64,000 bases of DNA, taken from Cyanophora paradoxa CCMP329. Taxonomy: Eukaryota; Plantae; Glaucophyta. How positions within the stretch are numbered: the stretch's first letter is position 1; each line of letters starts with the position of its first letter. The notes below the pieces were generated by a model that saw only the letters and a program-made list of their open reading frames with translations, was not told the origin of the DNA and searched no databases. Made by a program: the position numbers and the translations under genes. The stretch covers positions 496,001 to 560,000 of the forward strand of contig QPMI01000036.1 in the NCBI GenBank assembly GCA_004431415.1. Reading direction: 5' to 3'. Positions 24,850 through 37,104 of the stretch are shown piece after piece.

Positions 24850-26921
24850 CTAGTGTGCAGCGAGTGGCCTGGCGACGTCCTGTAAACTCTGCGACAAGGT
24901 GCTGCTGCTATCTGCTGTGCGCGACGGGATCATGTCTCCATGGGGTCTCCAGCGGGCGTTGGCCGTATCCCCGAGCGGGCAAGGGCGGCGGGGGCGGAGA
25001 GGGCGGGGGCGAGGCCGCCGGACTCGTGGTGGGAGTGGGAGCGGGGCGTGGTCTGCGGCGAGGGCGCGTGGGGCGCCGCGAACATGGCCGCCCCCTCCTC
25101 CAGCACTGTGTCGTAGATGAACCTGGCCCGCCGCCGTCAGCGGGGCGCGCGCGCGGCGGGGGCGGCCGGGGCGGAGGAAGGGGCGGGGGTCGGCGCACTT
25201 GTACTGCTCGCGCTGCTGGACCATGCCGGGGCGTGACTCACGCATGGCGCTGACCGTCTTGTAGATGGTAAAGAGGGCGCCGCTGCCGGCCGGCGGGAGG
25301 GAGGAGGCGGAGGGCGGGCGGGCGGAGGCGGCGGAGGCGGAGGCGGCGGAGAGGAGGGGGGCGTTGGAGTGGTTGGCGAGGCTGCGCTGGCGGTGGAGAT
25401 CCAAGTACTGCCGCAGCTGCACCCCGCCCCGCCCCGTCGGCCCCCGCCGCATAGGGCGCGGAGCGGCGGCCGGGCACCTTGCGGAGTTCGTGGTGGATCG
25501 CGATGAAGGCCCCGGTGCGACCGACGCCGGCGCTGCCGCCCCGCGATCGGCCCGTGCCGCGGCGGCCCTGCCGGGCAGTGGCGCACCTGCAGTGCACGGT
25601 GATGGGCGCGGATGCGTCCTCGGCTCGCGAGGCGTTGAGGCGAGCCACATCCACGCCGGCCCGCCACGCTTCGTCCACGAGCCTGCTGCCGGCGTCAGCG
25701 CGGCGGGCGCGCCGCGGGCGGGGCGGGCCAGCGCACCGGACGAGCTGGCGGATGGCCTGCGTCCCCGTGGGCCCGCTGGGCACCGAGTGGTCCGGCCAGC
25801 CGATGAACTGCGCGCGGGGCGCCCGTCTGGGGTCGACCGGTGGCCCGCGGGGCGGGGGGGCGGGGGCGGACCTGGTACTGGACCACTTCACGCTCCGCCT
25901 CGTCCCTGTCGTTCATCATCTCCGGGCGCGGCGTGCTAACCTGTCGCGCGCGAGCCGGCCGAACGTCAGCCGCGGGAGCGGGCGCGAGCCGGCGGCGCCG
26001 GGCGGCGGTACCTTGGAGCGCGAGATCTTGAACACGCGCTTGTGCAGGCCCGGCACGTTCGCCATCACACCGCTCTCGATGCAGCGTACTACAATTGTGC
26101 CGTACGTGTGCGGAGGCTGGTTCGGCTCGGGCCAGTACCGATCACACTTGGTCTGCGCACGGCATCAGCTCCGGACTCAGCGGCCGGAGGTGCGCTCCGA
26201 GTCGCACCCGATCGTTCTCCGTTTCGCGCGTTAGCATAACGATCACACGGGTGTGTCTGATCACGTGCTGGTTAGCCATTGCAGCGTGGCGCAGGCTGGC
26301 ATTGACGTCTTTGACGCACTGCTCCCATATCATGCGCCAAAACTGCGGGAAAGTGGAGGGAAGGGGTGCCTGAGTGGCGATATACGTTTTCTCGTTGTTG
26401 GAGAGCTGTGCTGCGGAGTCAGCGATGGCCAGTGCCCGACTTGCAACTGGGCAGTCGGACCTTGATGTAGTTAGCGTTGATGTAATCTGTGCCCTCCTCG
26501 TCGCCAATAACCTTCAGTTTGACCCGCGTGTGCTCATCTGCTCGGCCAGGGCAGCAACCGCGGAATGCGGATGGTAAGCCAAGCTCCGATGAGGGCTTCA
26601 AAGGCTGGGGTGCTGTGCTAGCCGGGCGAATACACGCACAGGGCAAGATGTTGGCATATCTGTTCGCCGAAGTCTGCTGCCGTGCGTACTGCAAGTCGCC
26701 CTTCTTCTCCTCCCTTTGCAGTCGCTGCGAGGGGAGGGCCCGTGTCAGTTCCACGTGTATAGCTATAGCGGGCTGAGATCAGCAAGCGGGCTTGCATCGA
26801 ACTCGTCGTCGAACCCATCGCCTCGCCGGCTAGGAAGAACTTGCCGGAGGGAGGCGACGTGGTTTTGGAATTCGTGCAGCGGGTCTGTGATTGAAACCGC
26901 CGAGCCGGCGGCGGGCCTCAT
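24850..26921 (-). CDS. PTP1: Classical protein-tyrosine phosphatase
   Basis: NRYANILP, DYINANYI, YIATQAPL, FWRMIWEQ, KCDRYWP, WPDHSVP, VHCSAGVGRTG and RPGMVQQREQY. The 3' end is uncertain because of a possible homopolymer frameshift near 25090. Confidence 0.93.
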
Positions 26922-27117
26922 CCCCAAACCACCGCGCAGCGAAACCAGGGTCTGAATGGGGGGTACGCGTGTCTTCCACCCTTCCGCAACTCGAATTCGA
27001 GCTTGCAGCAGGGCACGGGTGTCTCTACATTCATCTCAGGGGACACTGAGGCTGAGTCTTCCTACAGGGTGCCACGGTGCAGCTGGGTGCACATACAACA
27101 ACGGCCGAGACCGCGCT

Positions 27118-30109
27118 TCAGGGGCGAAGGCCGCGCATCATCTTCGCCGTCGCGCGGTCCTGAGGCGAGGGAGAGTCGGTCGAACGCAGGCGCAGGGGAC
27201 CGCGTCGAAGGGGCCCGGCACCTTGCGGTGGTGGTTCGCGACTGCCGCCTTGTTGCGGTCCTTCCAGGCCCGCTCCCGCAGCGACGGTTCCGCCTTCTGC
27301 TCCCCCTCGCCCCCCTCGCCGCCGCCGCCGCCCCCTGCCCCGCGCCCCGCGCCGCCGCTTCCCCCCCGGCCGCCGCCCCCCGGCCCCGCGGCCCGCGCCC
27401 CGCGGCGGCCTCCTCCCCCGCTCCGGCTCCGCGGCCGCCCCTGCCCGGGCCGCTCGGGCGCCGGCGGGGCCGCCGCGCCCCGCCTGCGCCCCCGCCGGAC
27501 CGGCGCCGGCGGCCCCCGAAGCGGGGCCCGGGGCGCCCTCGCCGCCCTCCTCGCCCTCCCCCTCCTCCTCCTCCTCCTCGTACTCCCAGGCAGGCCTCCT
27601 CCGCGCCTCGGGCTTGGCGTTCAGCCTCCGCACATCCCCGCGGACTGCGCCCGCCCCAGGCCCCGGGCCGTCCGTCAGGCCCCCGCAGCCGCCCCAGACT
27701 CGCACGCGCGCGGGGGGGTACGGACTCTTGAACGGGTCCTCTTCCTCCTCCTCCTCCTCGCCGGGGACGCCCGGCCTGGCGCCCGGCTTGGAGCCGCCGG
27801 GCTTGGCCGGCTTCACGATCTTGGCCGTGTCCTCCGTGACCTCGCCCGCGTCCAGCACCGCGACGCCGTACCCGTCCATCGTGTCGTCGTACTCGTCCTG
27901 CGGGGCGCGGAGGGCTCAGCGGGGCCCTGTACCCCCCTCCAACCTTCCCAGGCCGCGCGCCTCGTACTCGTCGGCCTCGATGCGGGAGGCGGCGGCGATG
28001 ACGAGGGCCTTGGGCGCAGGCTCGTCCCGCGCCGCGCGGTTGTCCCCGCCCCTGCGTAGAATCCTCGGACCCGGCGGGGCCAGCCAAGAGCAGAGCCGAG
28101 CAGGGGAAGCGGAGGGGCGCACCACTTGCCCGTGTGGACGCGGGCGGCGTCCACACTGTCGCGCGAGAAGACGTCGAACTCGTCCCCCGCAAACACGTTC
28201 CGCCGGCTCTCCAGCAGGCTCCCGCCCCCGCTCCCACTCCCGCTCCCGCTCCCGCCGGCGCTCGGGCCAGCCTGGAAAATGATGAGGGACGGGGCGGGAT
28301 GGGGGCGGAAGCGTGCTTCGCGCACCGAGGGCTGGGCGGGGGCGGAGGAGGGCCCAGAAGGGCCGCCCACCAGGCGGGACACCGCGGCGCGCTGCAGAGG
28401 GGGGGGGGATGAGAGGCGGCGGGGGTACGCGAAAGAGCGCAGCAGCGGAGGCGGGCCTCGGGCCCCGTGAGGCAGTCGAAGGTGGCGATGGCGTCAGCGG
28501 CGCGGAGTCCGAACTCGGAGGCTATGGCGGGGGACGCCTCGTGGAGGGCCCCCACCGCCTCCGCGAAGGCCTGCGGGGGGTACCGGAGGTTAGGGGCGGG
28601 GGATGGAGCGGTGGGGGGTACGTGCGCGCGCGCGCGCGCGCCTCGCCGAGGAGCTCGCGTGGCACGCTGAGGCAGGGGCTGCACTCGGGGATGGCGCCGG
28701 GGGCGAGTGCCCCCCGCTCGAAGAACGCGTGCCGGCACGCTGCGCGGCGGGCGTGGCGCGCGTGAGCGCCGGACGGGATCGGCGCGGCTCGGGCCGGGTC
28801 GGATCGCACCGGCGACGGCGGCGCGGACGACGGCGCGGCGGAGCGGGGCGGAGGCGGGCGAGGAGGGGGGGAAGAGGGCGTCGGCGCAGGCGGCGAGGGG
28901 GGGGAGCGAGGCGAGGAGCGCGTGTGCGGCCGGCGGGTGCGCCTTCGTCAGCTGCTGCAGGCTGAAGGCGATGTCCGCGACGTACGCGCGCGCCTCGGCC
29001 AGCTCGCCGGCCGGCAGGCCCGCGCCGCCCCCGCAGCGCCGCCTCAGCTCGCCCAGGACGCCCGCGACGCAGCCGGCGGCCTCCTCCAGGTCCGACTCGT
29101 ACGCCGGCTGCTGCTTGAAGAGCCGGCGGCAGAAGTCGGCGACCAGGGCCGGCCGCCCCGGGCCGTACAGGGCGCAGACGTCCAGGACCTTCGGAATGTC
29201 CTGCGAGAGCGAGAGGCTCGCCCGAAGCAACGGAGGAAGCAGAGGCCGGGCTGGGGAAGGGGCGCGGGGCGCACGAGGGCCCACGAGTCGTAGACGGCGG
29301 CGGCCCAGAATTTCGGTGCCAGGAAGGCCCCCGGTCCCTCCTCCGTGCGCGACATGCGGAGCAGCACGCGCAGGACGCGGTCCTGAAGCGTGTACTCCAG
29401 CGCCTCCGTCCGGTCGTCCTCCGCAGCGGCGCCGTCTGCCCCGTCCTCCCCGTCGAATGGCCGCCGGCGGTACCGAAGGTACGTGTCCAGGAAGGCCGCG
29501 CAGGATTTGTTGAAGAGCACTGCGCGGCGCCTCAGGCGGCGCGATCGCTCTCCTCCCGCAGGGCCCCGCGGACCGTGCGACCAGAAGACAGAGTGGGAGC
29601 AGCGGAGGAGCTTGCTGACGTCCTCGATGTGCAGCTCGAGCACGTCGGCACGGCTCACGCCGGTCGGAAGCTGACCCTTTCCTCCTGCCGCGAGAGTTAG
29701 CCGCGCGCCGGCGGTCATGTGGGGCGGCTCAGAAGGCGCGGACCCTGGTCGGGCAGGTACGGGGCGAAGGCGATCTCCACCTCGCGCGTCCAGTGCTGCG
29801 CAAGCGCGCGCGAACGTGAGCGTTCTGAAACCGCGCCACCGCGTCCCCGGACTGCGGTGTGAACGCGCTCACCGGGTCAATCGCCTTCACCTCCCGCTGC
29901 CCGATGACGACCGTGCGCTGGTCGGCTGGCAATGATGCCGAAGCGGCATCCTTCCGCGCTCGCTCCTGCGCGACTTGCTCGGCTCTGAGGGCGTCCTGGC
30001 CGGCTTGGATGTCTCTCCGCGAAGGACCGGGCGGAGCGGGCGCTCCGCCTCGGCCGCCCCGTCCACCACGGAATCCTCCGCCGCGCTGCTGCCTCTCGCC
30101 GGGCGGCAT
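27118..30109 (-). CDS. ASCC2: Activating signal cointegrator 1 complex subunit 2-like protein
   Basis: LLRCSHSVFWSH, FLDTYLRY, VLLRMSRTEE, DIPKVLDVCALYG, RRNVFAGDEFDVF, EYEDEYDDT and C-terminal NKAAVANHHRKDRATAKM. Confidence 0.85.
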
Positions 30110-30241
30110 CGCCAGAGGCCCAGGGGCCAGAGCGCTTGCTGGGGTACAGTGAGAACCTCGCGCTTAGTCCGTCGCTCGAGCTCGTCTTCGCCGCCGAGCC
30201 CTGCGGGCCCCGAGATCGCTCCGATCATTCGATATCGCAAA

Positions 30242-33200
30242 ATGGCTTGCGGAGGCTGCTTCCCATGCCTGCCGAACGGTTTCACTGTTGACTCGCCTCC
30301 CGTGCGCTCTCGGCTCGCCGAGATCTACGAGCCGAACGTGGCCGATGCTCGGTGCGGCCCTTTCCCGCGCGTACGTGTATCGGCACGCCGTGGACGCCCG
30401 CCCGCAGGTACGGCGGCCTCATCCTCAAGTTTCAGGAGGAGTTCGGCAAGCGGCCGACGTACTTTGTCCGGGCGCCGGGCCGCGTCAACCTGATCGGCGA
30501 GCACGTCGACTACAGCGGCTACTCCGTCCTGCCGTGCGCCATCTCGCAGGACGTCGTCATGGCCTGCAGCGTCGAGCCGGACGAGCGCCTCGTCCTCACG
30601 AACGTCGACGACGCGTACCCGACGAAGCAGATCGAGCTGACGGAGGACATCGTGATCGACAGCAAGGCGCACCACTGGACGAACTACTTCCTTTGCGGCT
30701 ACAAGGCGAGCCGGCCCGGCCTCGCCGCCCCCGCGCCCCCTCGTCGACGCGACGCGGCCGCCGGCAGGGCATCCTGGAGCACGTGAAGGAGGGCCCGAAG
30801 CCGGCCGTCTTCGGCATGCGCGTCGCAGTCGACGGGACCGTCCCCGCCGTGCGTCCCCGCGCGCTCCCCGCCGCCCCGCCCCGCACGCGTTCGCGGGCTC
30901 GAGCCGCCGCTTTCGAATACAGGGCTCCGGCCTCTCGAGCTCTTCGGCGATGGTGTGCGCCTCGGCGCTCGCTGCGCTGCACGGCGCCAAGAAGCAGCTC
31001 GACAAGGTCACCCCCTCCCGCCCCCTCCCGCCCCGCCCGCCCGGCCGCCCGACGCGGGCGACCGGCGCAGAGCAAGATCGCGACGATCGCCGCGAAGAGC
31101 GAGCAGTACATGGGCGTCATGAGCGGCGGGTGCGCGCGCCCCAGCCAGCCGGCCGGCAAGCTAGCTCGCTGTCGCCTGCGCCGCTCTAGCTCCCCTGCAG
31201 GATGGACCAGGCGATCTCTAGCTAGCCGGCTAACTCGCTCCCGTCCGCGCCGCCGCTCTGACGCCCCCGCCATCGCCCAGGATGGACCAGGCCATCTCGA
31301 TGACGGCGCGCGCCGGCTTCGCGAAGCACATCCACTTCGACCCGCTGACGACGGAGGACGTGAAGCTCCCCGCCGGCTGCTCCATCGTCGTCGCCAACAC
31401 CCTCGTCGAGGCCAACAAGTGCGCGCGCGCCCGCCCGCCGCCCCCCGGAAACGAGAGCAGAAGATGAAAATCCGCACCCGTCTCCGACCCGACTCTCTTA
31501 GAAATCCGCCCCCTCCTCCGACCCGCCCCGCTTCGAACATAGAACCGGAGACGAAGATGTTAAATCCAGCCCGCGCTCGGCCCTCCGCCCCCTTTCCTGA
31601 CACGCCCCGCCCCGCCTCTTTCCTGACCGGCCGCTCCGAGCATCGAACCGCCCCCTTTCCTGACCGGCCCTCCGCTCCGAGTGTAGAGCCGCCCCTTTCT
31701 GACGGGCGCCGCCCCGCCCGAAGGTACGCGACGGCGGACACGTGCTACAACCGGCGCGTCGTCGAGTGCATCCTGGCGGCGAAGCTCCTGGCGAGCAAGC
31801 TCGGCCTCGACTGGCGCTCCGTCCGCCGCCTCCGCGACGTCGAGGAGAAGTCCGAGAAGGTAGTGCCCTCTTCAGGTTTCTTAGGTCTCGGCTAGAAGAT
31901 TCTAGCGGTTTCTCTCTTAGGTTATCTTAGGTCTAGGTTAGCCGTCGCGACCTCCAGGAGAAGTCCGAGAAGGTGCTAGCACTCTTGGCCCCGCGGTTCC
32001 TCAGGTCTAGGTTAGAAGATTCTAGCCTCAGGAGAGAAGGTCCCAGCCGCCGCGCGACCTATCTCCCGCCCCGCCACCCCTCCACTTGCCCCTCCATCCA
32101 TCCATTCCGCGCCGCGCCGGCCTGACGTCCCTCCAGGGCGTGGCGGCGCTGGCGGAGGCGGTGGATGCGCACCTGCAGCGCGCCCCCTACTCCATCGAGG
32201 AGGTCGCCCAGGCCCTCGGCGTCCCCGTGCGTCCGCGCCCCAGGCTGAGGAAAGTGCTTTAGACGGTTGAAAGCTCAAAGAGTAAAGTGAAGCTTGAGCT
32301 CAAAGCTTAAAGACTTAGCTCGACATCGAGAGCTCAACTTAGAATCTAGAAATCTAATGGCGTAAGATGGTATAGCTTAGGCCCTCGGCGTCCCCGTGCG
32401 GCCGCCCCTCCCCCTAGATACTTGTTAGATTCTAGAAAATAAAGAATCTAGAGCGCTCGAAACCGCATAAGCTCAAAGATTGAACGTAAGCGTAAGATGG
32501 TATAGCTTAGGCCCTCGGCGTCCCCGTGCGGCCCCTCCCTCCCCCTAGATATCCAAAATTCTAAGCTAGCATCTAGGAATGCAACCTAGGAATCTGATCT
32601 TCGGGGCGGGCGGGCGGGGCCGCAGGCGTCGGAGCTGCAGGCGAGCTGCGTGGCGGGGCAGCCAAACGCGCGGTTCGAGTTCCCCGCCGGCAAGGTCCTC
32701 CACCTCCACGCCCGGTCCGCCCCGGCCCCGACCCCGCCCCTCTAGCTAAGGATAACTATCAACTATCTAGATCTGAGTTAACTGTAGTCATCTGTAGTCA
32801 TCTACGCTTTAGCTAGCCCGGTCCGCCCCTGTGCCCTCCCCGGCCGCCGCCGTCCCCGCCCGCCGCTTTCCTAGCAGCGTCTTCCCGCTCCTCCCCCCTC
32901 CTCCTCCCCCTCCCCCCCCTCTGACGCCCGCGGGGCGGGGGCAGGGCGTACCACGTGTACACGGAGGCCGGCCGCGTCGCCGCCTTCGACGCCACCTGCC
33001 GCCGCTCGCCCTTCCCCGACCAGGTCCGCGCGCCGGGGCGGGGCGGGGCGGGCCGGGCCGGGCCAGTCTAGGAGTAGCAGACGCGCTGGATGGGGGAATA
33101 GTTGCTTCGCGTGGCGGGGCGGGCTGGATGATAGCGGAGCAGGGGCCGGGAACGCGGAGAGGGGGCCTGGTCTAGGAATAGCAGACGCGCCGCGCCCTGC

Positions 33201-33863
33201 GCTGCCGCGCACCAGGCGCAGGGCGGGGGGCGGGATGCTTCAGGGGGGAACTAGACTTCACGCTGAGCGCTGTCTTAGCCCCCGCGCCCTCCGAGCCTCA
33301 CGCCCGTCCCTGCAGCTGGCCGAGCTGGGGCGCCTGATGGACGGGAGCCACGCCTCGTGCCGCGACTACTTCGACTGCTCCTGCCCCGAGCTCGACCAGG
33401 TCCGATGCGATTCTTATTTTAAGAACCTATCTAACTAGAGTAGTCTGCATTAGTAAGCAGTCTACAAGAGTGGTGAGAACTTATCCAACAAGAGTACACA
33501 AGCACCTTATTCTAAGAACCTATCTAACGAGAGTAGTCTTCGTGATGCTAAAGCTAACCGGAGTCATCTGAACAGCTGACGGCCATCTGCCGCGAGGCCG
33601 GCGCACTCGGCTCCCGCCTCACCGGCGCCGGCTGGGGCGGCTGCACCGTCTCCCTCGTCCCCGACGCCAAGCTCGCCTCCTTCCTCTCCGACGCACGTAC
33701 CCCCGCCCCGCTCCTCCCCCCCCGGACTCCTCTCTGAACCGGTACCCCGGCCGTGCAGGTGACGGGCAAGTACTTCCGGGGGGCGCGGAGGTACAACGGC
33801 GAGATCTCCAAGGTCCTGTTCGCATGCAAGCCCGGCAACGGCGCGGCCGTCTACATCCCCTAG
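30242..33863 (+). CDS. GALK: Galactokinase / N-acetylgalactosamine kinase (GHMP family)
   Basis: [70 protein letters not shown] and [12 protein letters not shown]. Confidence 0.95.
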
Positions 33864-34182
33864 GCCCAGCCGCTACGTATACAGCTAGTAGCCGCCGGTC
33901 TCGAACCTCTTCCAGTTTTCGCCTGCAGGCTGCACGCTCTATCTCTCTCTCTCTCTCTCTCCCGCTGTCGATCCCGGTCGCTTGGCATTTTCTTGTATTG
34001 TCATCGTCAAAACACTCCTACAAAGTTGTTTACTGATCACAGAGCACTGCGTTTTCCTGCCAGTAGATGGGTACTGTACAACGGGCACACTGCTTATGGT
34101 ACACGGAAAGCTTAAGCTTGAGTCGCCGGGTCCTCGCTCCGCTCCGCGGGGTGAAAATTAAAAGAAACGGAACGGAACGAGA

Positions 34183-35951
34183 TCAGTCCCGCCGGCCGTC
34201 GATCTGCGCTATGATCTTCCGGACCGTCTCCGCGTCCTCCGCGAGCGGCAGCCTGAACGCAAAGAAAGGCCTGAGCGGGGGGGAAGAACCGGGGGGGGCC
34301 ATCCGAGGGGGGGTACCGCTCCAGGTACGCCGCGAGGTCGGCGCGGGCGTCGGGGAGTCGGCCTTCGAAGAAGTGGCAGAAGCCGCGGTCGCGGATCTCC
34401 GCGGGGGCCCCCGGCGTCACGCACAGGATCATCTGGCGGCCATTTTCAGGGCCCGGGGGGTACAGGGGAGGAGCGCGGGGCGGGGGAGCGGGTGGGGGTC
34501 ACGGGGGTACCTGGACGGCCGAGAAGGTGTGCGCCACGTTGGACTGCTCGAGGTACGCCGTCTTGAGCGTCTGGAGGAGCCTGCGAACGAAGAAGGTTAG
34601 AATAAACGGGCCGGGGGTACGATGCAGGAAATCGGGGTACGGGGCGCACCGGCCGACGAAGCGGCGGCGCCAGGGGACCTGCCCCCTGCTCTTCAGCGCC
34701 TCCCCAAGCTTGAGCTTGTACCCGTACGCCTCGCTCAGGCGCTCTTCGCAGTCCTGCTGGAAGATGACGTCACCCCGGCCTGCCGGACGCGTGACGTCAC
34801 GTCAGCGCGCCGCGTCGTACCCCCCGAAGCCGCTGAGCGGCGAGCACGCACGGAAGGGATCGATGAAGAAGTCGAGCTCGGGGTCCACTGGGCGCAGAAG
34901 GCCGGTCACAACGAGCCCTGCCGGCCGGCCGGCCAGGTCAGGGGGATACAGGAGCAGACGCGGGGCGAGGCGGGGGAGGGGTACGCACCCGGGAGGTTCA
35001 GCGCCTCGAGCTCGAGGCCGAGCCGGGAGGCGACGGCGTAGTACAGCAGTGAGAGGGAGATGGGAATGCCCGCGCGGCGATCCATGACGCGGTGCATGAG
35101 CGAGTTGCGCCTGCGCGGGAGGAGCTTCGGGGTGAGCGCAGGGGAGACGGCGGAGGGCGGAAGGAGAGTCGGGCGGTGCCGTACGGGTCGAGGATGTTGA
35201 TGTCGCCGGTGAATCCCTCCTCGTCGAAGAGAACCTTGTTGATCGCCTGCGCGGCCGGGCGGGCGTCACGCAGCGCACAGTGAACGGGGCCGCGGCCGTC
35301 CAGTCACTGAGCTGGCATTCTGGTTTGGGGTCGCTCCGCGCGGCCCGCCGGCTCTCTTTGCTCAGTTCTAGAGCGGCGAACCTTTATCCGCTTGAGAACG
35401 GGCGCGTCGGCGTTGCCGTCGAGTTCGGCGAGGGCCCGCAGCGCGTACGCCTCGACGCGGCCGAGGTACTCGTCGACGTCCACCTGCGGCCGCGTTCGAA
35501 TTCGCGCTTTGCAAAGCGCGAATTGCGTGCTGGCGGGGCTCGTACGTCGGCGTCCGCGTCCAGAAGCTGCGCCACGACGAACGCCGCCCTGCAGACCAAC
35601 CGACTCGGCGGCCGAAGGCCGCGCAGGCTGGAGATAGTCATACCGGACAAGGTCAATCTGAGAGTCTTCGGAAACCGACAGGAGCCCCTGGAAGGCCGCG
35701 GTGTTGAGCGGCGCCGGGACCCGCTCCTTGCCAGCCGTATCCGCCGCGGCCCGCGGCGGCGTCCAGACGGACGGCACGGATCTCGAATGGAAGCGACGAG
35801 TCTGGACCGGCTGCGCGGCGGCCCATCGCGAACGGCCGAGGGCCGTCGGGTGCGAATTCGTCTGCGGCGCCTGTACGCAGACGCGCTGCGGCGCCGGCTG
35901 GACGACGGATGCGCCGGGCCGGCTGGAGAGCGGCGCGAGCCCCACGAACAT
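34183..35951 (-). CDS. SirB1/YchA family (Transglut_core2 + TPR) protein, possibly plastid-targeted
   Basis: AINKVLFDEEGFTG, NSLMHRVMDRRAGIPISLSLLYYAVASRLGL...LNLPG, FFIDPF and EIRDRGFC. There is a long Ser/Ala/Arg-rich N-terminus starting MF. Confidence 0.88.
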
Positions 35952-36391
35952 GTTGCTACTGCCCAAAAAAGGCTGGGGGCCGCGGGAAGCAGAAAAAGCA
36001 AACGCTGTACGCCCCCCACGGGGGAAGGAGCGCGGGGGGAAGGAGCGCGTTGGGGGGGAAAGAGCGGGGCGTACGCCGGCGTGCGCGCCTCTCCAGTTCG
36101 CGGTCCAGTTCGTTCAGTCGGCGGCACCGCTCCCTCGCGCTCCCTCGCGCTCCGCACGTCCGTCACACACCAATGTTCGGTGCGTCAGCCGCGGATTCTC
36201 TCTGCGCGCGTACCGATTCGCGACCTGACGTCCGGTCCGAAGCCGGTTCAGCGCTCAGCGCGGCCTCGAGCGCTCCTGCAAGGCTTGAGCATCCTCGGTG
36301 AGCGATTTAGCATGCAATGACGCGCCCGCGCGCGAAGCGCGGGGCGGGGAGAGCAAGATTCCTTCGACTCTGACCGGTTCACACGGACAGA

Positions 36392-37104
36392 ATGTCGGGG
36401 GAGACGCGCGGGGCGCTCGGTAACCTCATCAACGTCGCGTACAAGCACAATCCCACGTCAGGACCCGCGGATCGCACCTGCAACGGTGACCGCTCCGCCT
36501 GCGGATGTCCTGAGCTCCCTGGCACCAGTCCGCTTCCGGAAGCGTTCGCAGAAGGTTCGCGCGCTCGCAGCGCACATGCGTCATCCGCTTGACACGCATT
36601 CCCTCGCGCGCAGACTGCATCCTCTTCGACCTGGAGCTCGAATCGTTTTCCCTGGAATCGACCACCGCTGACTGGTCTGAGTGCATGCTGACGCCGCGCA
36701 AGCACGGTGCGGGCTCTGCGATGCTCCAGCACGTGCTTATCTCACGCCGCTCGCTCGCTCGCGCAGGGTCCGGCACCGCCGGAGACCAGAAGGCGCCAGG
36801 GGAGGGCGGGCGGTCATCGGCCGCAGGCGCGGGCGCGCTCAAGGCTAGACCGACGCGTGCGGCGCCGCTGGGAGACCGCGAGCGACAGCTGATGGAGAGC
36901 CCGCTGGCGGACGACGACCGCGACTCCGACTGCTCGGACTTGGACCGCTCGGCCGGCGCCTTCGACTGGGCGCCCTTGGGGCCTGGGCCCCTCGCGCTCG
37001 CGCCCCACGGCCACGTCCGCCGCTCGCGCCCGATTCCCATCCCCAGGAACCCGATCCGCCCCGCCGTTTGGCGCGCGCGCTCCAGTTTTACGCCTTCCGG
37101 ATGA
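36392..37104 (+). CDS. Small disordered hypothetical protein
   Basis: ATG plus GT-AG introns joining MSGETRGALGNL..., DCILFDLELES and ...RSRPIPIPRNP...*. No recognisable domain. Confidence 0.5.

Noticed and set aside
24850-33200. Many long Arg/Pro/Gly-rich ORFs on both strands (for example 27062-29284, 30288-31895)
   Set aside because: These are stop-poor shadows of very high GC content and intron read-through of the real spliced genes.
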